64,000 nucleotides of DNA from an uncultured Alphaproteobacteria bacterium (GTDB lineage Bacteria > Pseudomonadota > Alphaproteobacteria > Acetobacterales > Acetobacteraceae). The notes beneath the pieces are model-generated. The model did no database searches. It worked only from the letters and a program-made list of their open reading frames with translations, and was not told the DNA's origin. Positions 49,584 to 64,000 of this stretch are shown here, piece after piece; the first letter of the stretch is position 1; every line of letters starts with the position of its first letter. The stretch covers positions 1,931,908 through 1,995,907 of the forward strand of contig CAWKCD010000001.1 of assembly GCA_963848035.1 (NCBI GenBank). Reading direction: 5' to 3'. Both the position numbers and the translations under genes were made by a program.

Positions 49584-50642
49584 TTACCAGGCCGGTACCA
49601 TGCGGACCTGGGGACGCATCTCGTTCTGCTTGACGGGGATGAGGAACATGCGGGCGAAGGTCGCGGCGGCAGCGGCGGTGAGGCCGGCGTTGCGGACCCA
49701 GCCGATCACGCCGCCTTGGCGCCGTGCGGCGCGCTGGCCGACGGTGATGCGGCGCAGGCGCTCGAGGCCGGCGACGAAGGCGGGGTGATCGAGGTCGAGG
49801 CTGACCGGGAAGACTTGCTTGGCGATCTCCGAGGTGATGCGGAAGACGCGGAAGTCGTAGTCGGTCGGGTCGATGCCGAGGGCGGCGTGGAAGGCGGGGC
49901 GAGCGTGATCGCGGACATACATGGTCGCGAACACGGCGAGCAGGAAGAAGCGGACCCAGAGCTTGTTGATGCCGGAGAGCGTCTTGGGCTGGGAGCGCAT
50001 CAGCAGGGCGAAAGCTTCGCCGTGGCGGAACTCGTCGTTACACCATTCCTCGAACCAGCCGAAGATCGGGTGGATCATCCGCTCGGGATGCGCCTGCAGG
50101 TGGCGGAAAATGGTGATGTAGCGGGCGTAGCCGATCTTCTCGGACAGATAGGTCGCGTAGAAGATGAACTTCGGTTGGAAGTAGGTGTATTTCTTGGCTT
50201 TGGTCAGGAAGCCGAGGTCCACGCCCACGCCGAAATCCTTCAGGGTGTCGTTGATGAAGCCGGCGTGCCGGGCTTCGTCGCGGGCCATGAAGGTGAACAG
50301 GTCCTTGATGTCGCCGGGCGCGATGCGCTTCTTGATTTCGGAGTAGAGCACGCATCCGGAGAACTCCGCCGTGACGGAGCTCACGAGAAATTCGAGCAGT
50401 TCCTCGCGCAGGTCCGGCGGCAGCGCATTGAGGTCGACGTCGAACTTCTCGTTGCGGATGAAGTGGCCCTTGTTGGGGTCGGCGCGCATCTCGGCGATGA
50501 GGCTGTCCCATTCCTGGCGCACGCCGGCGACGTCGATCTTGGACATGGCGTCGAAGTCGGTGGTGTAGAAGCGCGGGGTGAGGATGGTGTCGCGCTGGGC
50601 GAGCGCGGTGGTTTCGTTAACGTTCTTTGCGACCGTCGTCAT
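49584..50642 (-). CDS. acsF: aerobic Mg-protoporphyrin IX monomethyl ester oxidative cyclase
   Basis: Di-iron motifs [12 protein letters not shown] and [11 protein letters not shown]; [10 protein letters not shown]-terminus. Confidence 0.95.
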   Translation of the reverse strand: MTTVAKNVNETTALAQRDTILTPRFYTTDFDAMSKIDVAGVRQEWDSLIAEMRADPNKGHFIRNEKFDVDLNALPPDLREELLEFLVSSVTAEFSGCVLYSEIKKRIAPGDIKDLFTFMARDEARHAGFINDTLKDFGVGVDLGFLTKAKKYTYFQPKFIFYATYLSEKIGYARYITIFRHLQAHPERMIHPIFGWFEEWCNDEFRHGEAFALLMRSQPKTLSGINKLWVRFFLLAVFATMYVRDHARPAFHAALGIDPTDYDFRVFRITSEIAKQVFPVSLDLDHPAFVAGLERLRRITVGQRAARRQGGVIGWVRNAGLTAAAAATFARMFLIPVKQNEMRPQVRMVPAW

Positions 50643-50643
50643 G

Positions 50644-50934
50644 TCATGCCTCCTTCGCTTCGAAGCCGACTTCGTAGAGCTCGGTCAATTCGAACATGGC
50701 CGTGAACGCCGTCCAGAGCCGCAGCAGCGGGCCGGCGCGGTGAACCGTGGCGGAACATTGGGTGATGAGGCGCTCGCCGAAGCCGATGTCGGTCGGGACG
50801 CCATGAACGATGACGATGTCGCCGGGGCGGATGTCGATGCCGTCCGGGATCGCGTAAGCGTGGAAGCTCTCGGCGGTCTTCTCGATGTCGATGTCGGCGC
50901 GGATCGTGACCGTGCCTTCGCTCAGCAGGCTCAT
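50644..50934 (-). CDS. 96-aa conserved small protein immediately upstream of acsF; candidate BciE-type cyclase accessory subunit
   Basis: Intact ORF with an ATGA overlap with puhC and a 1-nt gap to acsF. The assignment rests on position only. Confidence 0.45.
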   Translation of the reverse strand: MSLLSEGTVTIRADIDIEKTAESFHAYAIPDGIDIRPGDIVIVHGVPTDIGFGERLITQCSATVHRAGPLLRLWTAFTAMFELTELYEVGFEAKEA

Positions 50935-51365
50935 TTGCTGGCCTCCAACAAGGGGGCGAAGACGCCCGAGTTGCTCGGACCGAAGGCCATGAGTTCGACG
51001 TGCTCACCGGTGGAGGGATCATCGAGGGTGAGGCGGCCGTCGGACCAGCGGGCGAGGCGGAAAGGATGGTCGGGGCCGAGGCCGGCGAGGCGGCGCGTCC
51101 GTGCGAAGCCACGCAGGGTGCCGCGCAGGAAGCCTTGCTCGCCTTCAAATACCTGGACGATCTGGTGGTCGGCGGGAGTTTCCACCAGGACCGCGCCGTC
51201 AGCCCGATCGTAGAACAGCAGATCGCGCTCGGCGAGCTGGGTGGCGGTGGGGGTGTAGGCCCCCGCATGGGTCACTCGGCCGACGAAAGCTGCCACGATC
51301 GCGAACCCCAGCAAGGCGAAGACGCCGAACAGGGGAAGGCGGGGAAAGTAGGGGCGCTTGGTCAT
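50931..51365 (-). CDS. puhC: photosynthetic complex assembly protein PuhC
   Basis: MTKRPYFPRLPLFGVFALLGFAIVAAFVG single TM segment, then DGAVLVE...GFLRGTLRGFAR pattern; position after puhB. Confidence 0.8.
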   Translation of the reverse strand: MTKRPYFPRLPLFGVFALLGFAIVAAFVGRVTHAGAYTPTATQLAERDLLFYDRADGAVLVETPADHQIVQVFEGEQGFLRGTLRGFARTRRLAGLGPDHPFRLARWSDGRLTLDDPSTGEHVELMAFGPSNSGVFAPLLEASK

Positions 51366-51381
51366 CGGCAGCTCCTGCACA

Positions 51382-52015
51382 TCAGGCAGCCAGCGTCGCA
51401 TGCGGCGAGCGTTGGGGGGAAGTCTCAATACCGGCCATGACCGGAACCGCCATCGAAGCGGAGGCGGCGAGGGCGCGGGCGAGGATCTGCGCTGGTTGCG
51501 CGACGTCGGCGAGGCCGCGCATGGCGGGCTGCGGGCGGGCGAAGTGCCAGGGGCGTGCGTGCGGCCAGAGGATGGCGTAGGCGAACTGGCTGCCGGCGGT
51601 GAGCGTCATCGAGAGGTCGCCGGAGCCGTCAGGGGCGGCGTTGAGGTCGGCCGATACGATGCGGGCGAAGGGGAGGTTGAGCGTGACCGGCAAGGCCAGG
51701 CCGATGTGCAGCACGACCCGGCGGTTGGTGATCGTGTAGACGGCGGCGCGGGAGACGGCCCATGCGTAGAGGATCGCGAGCAGCGACGGGGACCGCGCCG
51801 ACGCCGGCCGTTTTGAGCAGGGTCAGTGCGGTGGCGGCGGGGCCGGCGCCGGAGACTGCGGTGGAGATCGTCGCATAGGCGGCGATCAGCGCGAAGTAGA
51901 GCGCCAGCTTGCGGGCGTGCAGCGCGGTGCGGGCGAACACGCGCCACTCCGGCGCGCCGGACCAGAGGATGACTTCTCCCTCCGGCAACGCCCCTGGGAG
52001 ACCGCGGGCGGTCAC
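51382..52015 (-). pseudogene. puhB: photosynthetic complex assembly protein PuhB, frame broken near 51780
   Basis: N-terminus LPEGEVILWSGAPEWRVFARTALH in ORF 51629..52015(-). The rest, LLAILYAWAVSRAAVYTITNRRVVLHIGLALPVTLNLPF..., is in the frame of ORF 51382..51714(-). Confidence 0.8.
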
Positions 52016-52797
52016 AGTACGGGCTCGCTGCGGCCGGGCCAGGCGTAGAGTTGGCCCGCGGCGTAGAAGGCGCAGATCTTGTCTTCCTCGAGCAAGGTGA
52101 CCTGGTCGGGATGCTTGGTGGTTGGCGCTAGCGCGAACTGCGCGGCGCGGACGTAGCGGCAGATGACCTGCTTGGTCTTGTGCTCGATTCGGAAGAAGTT
52201 CATGGGCAGCAGGACGCGATGGCCGCCGGACAGCTCGACTTCCACATAGCGGACGACGACTTCGGAGCGATCGATCCAGGCTTCCACGATGGTGCCGGCG
52301 ACTAGGTCGTCCGCGCCGACGACCCCGTAGCCGCGGATGTCCGGGTCTTCCCAGGCCAAGAAGAAGTCGGGCGCGACGCGCAACGGGACGATCTTGGGCT
52401 GGCCGTCGTCGAAGGTGAGGTCAGGGACGTCGTGACGCTCGGCCCAGGCGCCAGGACCGATCCCTGCGGTGAGCGGCTCGCCGGTCGGGATGATCGGCGC
52501 GCCTTGGAACTTGCCGGCGCGGGCGAACCGGGTGAGGGGTTGGCGGTGTTCGGGGCCCGGCTTGAGCAGGAGCGAGCCGTCCGGCATCACGAAACCCTTG
52601 GGCGTGGGCGTCGGCGGGAAGCCTTCGACGACGACCGGGCTGATGCCGGCGCGGTCGGGGGCGACGAGCGGATAGCCTTCACGCTTGTTCTCGCGCAGCA
52701 AATACAGGATCAGCCCGGCGAAGAAGAGCCAGAATGCATACAGGACGGCTTGGGCGACATCGATGTGGGCGGTTATGGCGCCGATCTGCATCGTCAA
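52012..52797 (-). CDS. puhA: photosynthetic reaction centre H subunit
   Basis: N-terminal TM AQAVLYAFWLFFAGLILYL.REN.REGYPL; PRC-barrel C-domain. Confidence 0.95.
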   Translation of the reverse strand: MTMQIGAITAHIDVAQAVLYAFWLFFAGLILYLLRENKREGYPLVAPDRAGISPVVVEGFPPTPTPKGFVMPDGSLLLKPGPEHRQPLTRFARAGKFQGAPIIPTGEPLTAGIGPGAWAERHDVPDLTFDDGQPKIVPLRVAPDFFLAWEDPDIRGYGVVGADDLVAGTIVEAWIDRSEVVVRYVEVELSGGHRVLLPMNFFRIEHKTKQVICRYVRAAQFALAPTTKHPDQVTLLEEDKICAFYAAGQLYAWPGRSEPVL

Positions 52798-52801
52798 CTC
52801 C

Positions 52802-54202
52802 TCAGCTTCGGACGAGGTTGAAACTCGGTTGCATCAGGTCTGGCCGGGCGACCCGCACGAGCGGGCCGATCGCGGCCAGGGTGGCGAACAGCAGGGCTAG
52901 CTCGATCACGTACACGGCGAGATAGCCGGTGGCTGGAGTTTGCAGGGTGGGGCCGAACAGGCCGGCATCGGCCATCATGCCGACGCCGTCACGGATCAGT
53001 CCGCCGGCAGCCACGGCGCAACCGGCCGCGGAGGCCTGCACGGCTCCCCAGATCCCGAGAATGAGGCCGACCTGGGTGCTGCCGCAGGTGCTGATCGCGG
53101 CGGTGAGGGTGCAGTGCGCGAACAGGCCGGCGCCCAGGCCGATACCCATAACCCCGAGGGCGAACAGGAAAGGCGCTTCGAATGGGGCGGCAAAGATCAG
53201 AGCCGTGAAGGCGGCGAGGCCGGCGAGGGCGCCGGTGCCGGCGAGGCGATAGGGGTCGGCGCCTTGGCCGAGGAGCTTGGCGCCGATACCGAAGCCGATC
53301 AGGCCGCCGACGGCGAGCAGCGCGGTCATCGCCGTGGTGGCGGAGACCGAGAGGTGGAGGACCTTGCCGCCGTAAGGCTCGAGCAGGATGTCCTGCATCG
53401 AGAAGGCGAAGGTGCCGACGGCCAAGGCGACCAAGCGGCGGCCAGCCTGGCCCCCGCGGCGAAACTCGCGCCAGGTCTCGAGAAAGCTCTTGTCGCTGCC
53501 CTGGGTGCGGGAGGTGTCGCGCGCTTCCTGCTTCCAGAGCGCGATGCAGTTCAGGACCATCGTCAACACGGCCGAGCCCTGGATGACCTGGATCAGCCGC
53601 AACTCGCTAAACGGGGAAAGCACTGCCCCGAAGACGAGGGCGCTGATGACCATGCCGAGGAGCAGCATCATGCAGAGGAGGGCGACGACCTTTGGCTGTG
53701 CGCGGGCAGGGGCGAGGTCGGTGGCGAGTGCGAGGCCGACGGTCTGGACCGTGTGCAGCCCGGCGCCGACGAGCAGGAAAGCCAACGCGGCCGCGGCGTC
53801 GCCGATCCAGGCGGGTCCGTTGCTGTCGCCCGAAAGGATTATGAGCGCGAACGGCATGATGGCGAGTCCGCCGAACTGCAGCAGGGTGCCGAACCAGAGA
53901 TAGGGGACCCGGCGCCAGCCGAGGACGGAGCGGTGCGTGTCGGAACGGAAGCCGACGACCGCGCGGAACGGCGCGAAGACGAGAGGCAGCGAGACCATGA
54001 CGGCGACGAGCCAGGCGGGAACGCCTAGTTCGACGATCATGACGCGGTTCAGCGTGCCGATCAGGAGCACGACGGCCATGCCGACAGTGACCTGGAACAA
54101 CGAGAGGCGCAGCAGGCGGCGCATGGGCAGTTCGTCGGTGCCGGCATCCGCGAAGGGCAGGAAGGTCGGTCCGAGGCTTTGCCAGTGGCGCGAGAGGCTC
54201 AT
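52802..54202 (-). CDS. lhaA: PucC/BCD-family MFS protein LhaA (LH1 assembly factor)
   Basis: ATG 54202 overlaps the bchM stop (ATGA). RLSLFQVTVGM..LNRVMIVELG and FRSDTHRS..GWRRVPY motifs; about 12 TM segments. Confidence 0.9.
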   Translation of the reverse strand: MSLSRHWQSLGPTFLPFADAGTDELPMRRLLRLSLFQVTVGMAVVLLIGTLNRVMIVELGVPAWLVAVMVSLPLVFAPFRAVVGFRSDTHRSVLGWRRVPYLWFGTLLQFGGLAIMPFALIILSGDSNGPAWIGDAAAALAFLLVGAGLHTVQTVGLALATDLAPARAQPKVVALLCMMLLLGMVISALVFGAVLSPFSELRLIQVIQGSAVLTMVLNCIALWKQEARDTSRTQGSDKSFLETWREFRRGGQAGRRLVALAVGTFAFSMQDILLEPYGGKVLHLSVSATTAMTALLAVGGLIGFGIGAKLLGQGADPYRLAGTGALAGLAAFTALIFAAPFEAPFLFALGVMGIGLGAGLFAHCTLTAAISTCGSTQVGLILGIWGAVQASAAGCAVAAGGLIRDGVGMMADAGLFGPTLQTPATGYLAVYVIELALLFATLAAIGPLVRVARPDLMQPSFNLVRS

Positions 54203-54881
54203 GCGGCGCGGATCTCCAAGGCTTGGGAGATGTAGAAGCCGGCGGAAACGCGTTCGGTGCGGCCGATCGGGTGATGGTCGAGATGGGCGCGGATCTTGGC
54301 CGGGCTGACCGGTTCGATCGAGGGGGCGCGGTCGCTGCGCGGGAACAGGCGACCGACCGTGTGCATGACGGTGAGCAGCTTGGTTCGCGGAGCGAAGGTG
54401 AACAGGACGGAGCTGTCGGCCCGGGCGGCGAGACCGTCGACGGCGCGGGCCATGTCGGCGGCGCGGTAGTGGATCAGGCTGTCCATGGCGACGACGTGGT
54501 CGAAGCGACCGAGGTCGGGCGAGGCCATGTCGCCGACGCGGAAGGTAATCGGCAGGTGCTTCGGGGCGCGTTCGCGGGCGAGGCCGACCAGCGTGGGGGA
54601 GAGGTCGATGGCGACGACTTCGGCGCCGCGCTCGGCGGCGGCGACGGCGAGTGCCCCGGTGCCGCAGCCGGCATCGAGGATGCGGCAGCCGGAGAGGTCC
54701 TCCGGAAGCCAAGAGAGGAGGATGTTACGCATCCGGTCACGGCCGGCACGGACGGTGGCGCGGATGCCGCTGACGGGGGCGTCGGAGGTGAGGCGAGCCC
54801 AGGCTTCGACGGCGGTACGGTCGAAATAGGTTTTGAGCTGTGCGCGCCTTGCCAGATATGTGGCGGTTTCGACGGCCTGCA

Positions 54882-54882
<1 letters not shown>
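54199..54882 (-). CDS. bchM: Mg-protoporphyrin IX methyltransferase
   Basis: SAM motif ILDAGCGTGALA; YFDRTAVEAWARLTSDAPVSGIRATVR N-terminal pattern. Confidence 0.95.
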
Positions 54883-59426
<4,544 letters not shown>

Positions 59427-59437
<11 letters not shown>

Positions 59438-60941
59438 AATGCGCCTTGGCCTCATAAAGCGTGTCTACCGTGATCAAATGCAGGCCGCGTTCGACTGCAA
59501 AACGTTCCGTGTTGCGGCGGGCTTTCCCGCGGACGAAGAACGGGATCTTGCCGACTTCCTTCTCGGCGTCGGCGGCCCAGCTCAGCGGCGTGTCTGACGA
59601 TGCGGAGGCTTGGGCCGGCTCGGGCGTTTCCTGCTTGTGACCCAGATGCGACGACCCGGCAGCGTCGTGGAACTCGAAATCGCCGCGGAACATGGTCAGC
59701 AGGTGTTCCTCGAGGCCCATCATCAGCGGGTGCACCCAGGTGTCGAACAGGACGTTGGCGCCCTCGAACCCCATCTGCGGGGAGTGCCGGGCGGGAAAGT
59801 CCTGGACGTGGATAGGGGCAGAGATGACGGTGCAGGGGATGCCGAGGCGCTTGGCGACGTGGCGTTCCATCTGCGTGCCAAGGACCAGCTCCGGCTGGAG
59901 CGCGACGATCTGCGACTCGATCTCAAGGTAATCGTCGGTGATCAGTGCTTCGATCCCGAAACGGGTGGCAGCGGCGCGCACGTCGCGGGCGAACTCGCGG
60001 CTGTAGGTGCCGAGGCCGGCGACGGTGAAACCGAATTCATCGGCCGCCACGTTCGCGGCCGCGATCGCATGGGTGGCGTCGCCGAACACGAAGACGCGCT
60101 TCCCAGTGAGATAATTGCTGTCGACCGAACGGGAGTACCAGGGAAGCCGCGAATCGTTGAAGTCGGGTGGCTCGAGGCCAGCGAGCGCGGCAACCTCGGC
60201 GACGAACGCCTTGGTGCCACCGACGCCGATCGGCACCGAGGTGGTGGATTTCTGACCGAAGCTGCGTTCCAGGAAGCGAGCCGCCTGCGAGGCGACTTCG
60301 GGATAGAGGACGACGTTGAAGGACGCGTCGGCGAGGCGGGCGAGGTCAGACGGCGCGGCGCCGAGTGGGGCGACGACGTTGACTTCAATCCCGATCCGCT
60401 CGAGCAGGGCGACCACTTCGTGAACATCGTCGCGGTGGCGGAAACCGAGCGAGCAGGGGCCGAGCACATTGCAGCGCGCCGGGCTGGGGGCGGTGGCAGC
60501 TGGGCGCACGAAGGCGCGGACAAGCTGGTAGAAGGTCTCGGCGGCGCCCCAGTTCTCTTTTTTCTGATACGCCGGCATTTCCAGCGCGACGACCGGGACG
60601 TCGAGCGCAAGGGCGCGGGCAAGGCCTCCTGGATCGTCCTGGATGAGCTCGGCGGTGCAGGAGGCGCCGACGAGCAGCGCATCCGGCTTGAAACGAGCGA
60701 CGGCGTCCCGGGCGGCGGTCTTGAACAGTTCGGCGGTGTCACCGCCGAGGTCGCGGGCCTGGAATGTCGTGTATGTGACGGGCGGGCGGACGTTTCGGCG
60801 CTCGATCATCGTGAACAGCAGATCGGCGTAGGTATCGCCCTGCGGCGCGTGCAGAACGAGGTGGACGCCGCGCATCGAGGCGGCGACGCGCATCGCGCCG
60901 ACATGGGGAGGACCTTCGTAGGTCCAGAGCGTGAGTTGCAC
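59427..60941 (-). CDS. bchB: light-independent protochlorophyllide reductase subunit B
   Basis: [20 protein letters not shown]..., NifK-like fold, C-terminal [17 protein letters not shown]. Confidence 0.95.
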
Positions 60942-60943
60942 GT

Positions 60944-62826
<1,883 letters not shown>

Positions 62827-62844
62827 TCGTTCGCCGGGCTTCGA

Positions 62845-62900
62845 CTGCTCGTCCTGCCGTTTCTTCGTTGAAAACCGGCTCGCCGGCAGGGGACGAGCAG
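62845..62900. promoter_or_regulatory. long inverted repeat / leader hairpin between bchF and aerR
   Basis: CTGCTCGTCC-TGCCG (62845..62859) pairs with CGGCA-GG-GGACGAGCAG (62884..62900): 15 bp with a 2-nt bulge and a 24-nt loop. Confidence 0.5.
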
Positions 62901-62931
62901 GATTTGAAAGCTAGGGCGTGCCCGAATGGTG

Positions 62932-62965
62932 TGTCAAGCGCGCGTTACGTAAATCGCGGTTGACA
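62932..62965. promoter_or_regulatory. 34-bp extended palindrome made of two overlapping PpsR-like 18-mers
   Basis: TGTCAAGCGCGCGTTACGTAAATCGCGGTTGACA = TGT-N12-ACG overlapping CGT-N12-ACA, i.e. TGTCAA-N7-TTACGTAA-N7-TTGACA. Confidence 0.6.
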
Positions 62966-63006
62966 CCGACTTTGGAAGCTGTTCGGAATAGGGAGGAAGG
63001 CAGCCA

Positions 63007-63867
63007 GTGGATAAGATGATTCCGAATGCCGCAATGCACGGGAGGTCGCAGGAGGTCGAGCCAAACGATCGGCAGCCGCCGCGGCCGGATCGCGTTCGGC
63101 GTCGTCGCTTGATCCTCACCGACGCCGTTCGCGAGGAGGTCATTCCGCGGCTGCTCGCAAAGCGGCCGGCGCAAGCCGCGGTGACGGAAGCGCAGATCAT
63201 CGAGTTGGCCGATATGTCGCTGCAGGGCCACGGTGACGAAGTCGTCGCTTTCGTGACGGCGCTCCAGAAAAATGGGTTCGCGGCCGACACGCTCTATCTC
63301 AGCCTGCTGTCCCCGGCCGCGGCCTTGCTGGGCCAATACTGGGAAGATGACGTCTGCAATTTTGCAGACGTCACTATCGGTCTGGTGCATCTGCAACAAG
63401 CGATGCGGGCCCTTGGGCCGGCCTTCTTCAGTGGAAACGCTCTCAAGGCGCCTGTGGGCCCTCGCGCGTTGCTCATGCCGTTGCCGGGCGAACATCATAC
63501 GTTCGGCTTGACGATGCTGGCCGATTTTTTCCGCCGCGCGGGATGGAATACGTGGTCGGGAACAGTGGTCGATCACGCGGCGCTGAAGCAGATGGTCAGT
63601 GCGGAATCAGTGGATTTGATCGGGTTCTCGGTGGCGTGTGACAACATGCTGGACACGGTCCGGCACGCAATCGAAATTGTCAGGGAGGCGTCACGTAATC
63701 GGGACCTGGTCGTGATGGTCGGCGGCCCACCTTTCGTCGTCGACGCGTCGCACGCCCGAAAAGTAGGCGCTGACGGGACCGCGAAGGACGGTTTGCAGGC
63801 GGTGGCGGAGGCGCAGCGTCTACTCCCTCGTCATTTAAAGGAGCGCGGCCGCGACGCCGCCTCTTAG
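63007..63867 (+). CDS. aerR: cobalamin-binding antirepressor AerR / PpaA
   Basis: B12-binding-2 plus B12-binding domains, with His-ligand context LPGEHHTFGL and MVGGPPF. GGGAGGAAGG upstream. Divergent from bchF and followed by ppsR. Confidence 0.85.
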   Translation: MDKMIPNAAMHGRSQEVEPNDRQPPRPDRVRRRRLILTDAVREEVIPRLLAKRPAQAAVTEAQIIELADMSLQGHGDEVVAFVTALQKNGFAADTLYLSLLSPAAALLGQYWEDDVCNFADVTIGLVHLQQAMRALGPAFFSGNALKAPVGPRALLMPLPGEHHTFGLTMLADFFRRAGWNTWSGTVVDHAALKQMVSAESVDLIGFSVACDNMLDTVRHAIEIVREASRNRDLVVMVGGPPFVVDASHARKVGADGTAKDGLQAVAEAQRLLPRHLKERGRDAAS

Positions 63868-63904
63868 TTCATCTAAGCACAGCGAGACAGGCCTAGGAAT
63901 CAAG

Positions 63905-64000
63905 ATGGCAAGGAACGTTGTGCAACAGGAAGGCTCGGCAGTTGTGAAGCGGTTCGTCTCACCGAGGATCTTCTTCGGCGACCTAGATGCGGAGGCCGCC
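63905..64000 (+). CDS. ppsR: 5' end of transcriptional repressor PpsR/CrtJ (truncated by the window end)
   Basis: MARNVVQQEGSAVVKRFVSPRIFFGDLDAEAA... Only 32 codons are visible; assignment is by position after aerR and the N-terminal LD..AA pattern. Confidence 0.5.
   Translation, partial: MARNVVQQEGSAVVKRFVSPRIFFGDLDAEAA

Overview
High-GC alphaproteobacterial-type chromosome segment in two parts. Positions 1-24,000 carry housekeeping and accessory genes: a LysR regulator, tandem SDRs, kdsB-pheA, lspA-ileS, ribF-ndh, tRNA-Thr, thiC behind a TPP riboswitch, a HIT protein, and an orphan C5 DNA methyltransferase translationally coupled to a response regulator and HisKA_2/HWE kinase. Positions 24,100-64,000 are a nearly complete purple-bacterial photosynthesis gene cluster (PGC). 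It reads bchIDO-crtIB; then crtC-crtD divergent from crtEF-bchCXYZ-pufBALMC; then a membrane-anchored tandem cytochrome c and a HiPIP. A roughly 15 kb minus-strand array follows: bchFNBHLM-lhaA-puhA-puhB-puhC-(bciE-like)-acsF-puhE-hemA. The window ends with divergent aerR/ppaA and the first 32 codons of ppsR. TGT-N12-ACA (PpsR/CrtJ-type) palindromes sit in front of bchI, crtI, crtD/crtE, bchC and bchF/aerR. The main oddities are listed here. (1) At least 15 single-base frame breaks hit otherwise well-conserved genes in the first 22.7 kb (including ileS, ribF, thiC and five in ndh), against one (puhB) in the 41 kb PGC. (2) A 143-bp MITE-like hairpin element with TAAG direct repeats lies directly after the crtB stop. 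(3) crtC and crtD have unresolved start codons. (4) Electron-donor genes (diheme cy-like cytochrome, HiPIP) are embedded in the PGC. (5) Non-photosynthetic genes are inserted between crtB and crtC. No database search was possible; all calls rest on motifs read from the translations and on published gene-family and PGC knowledge.
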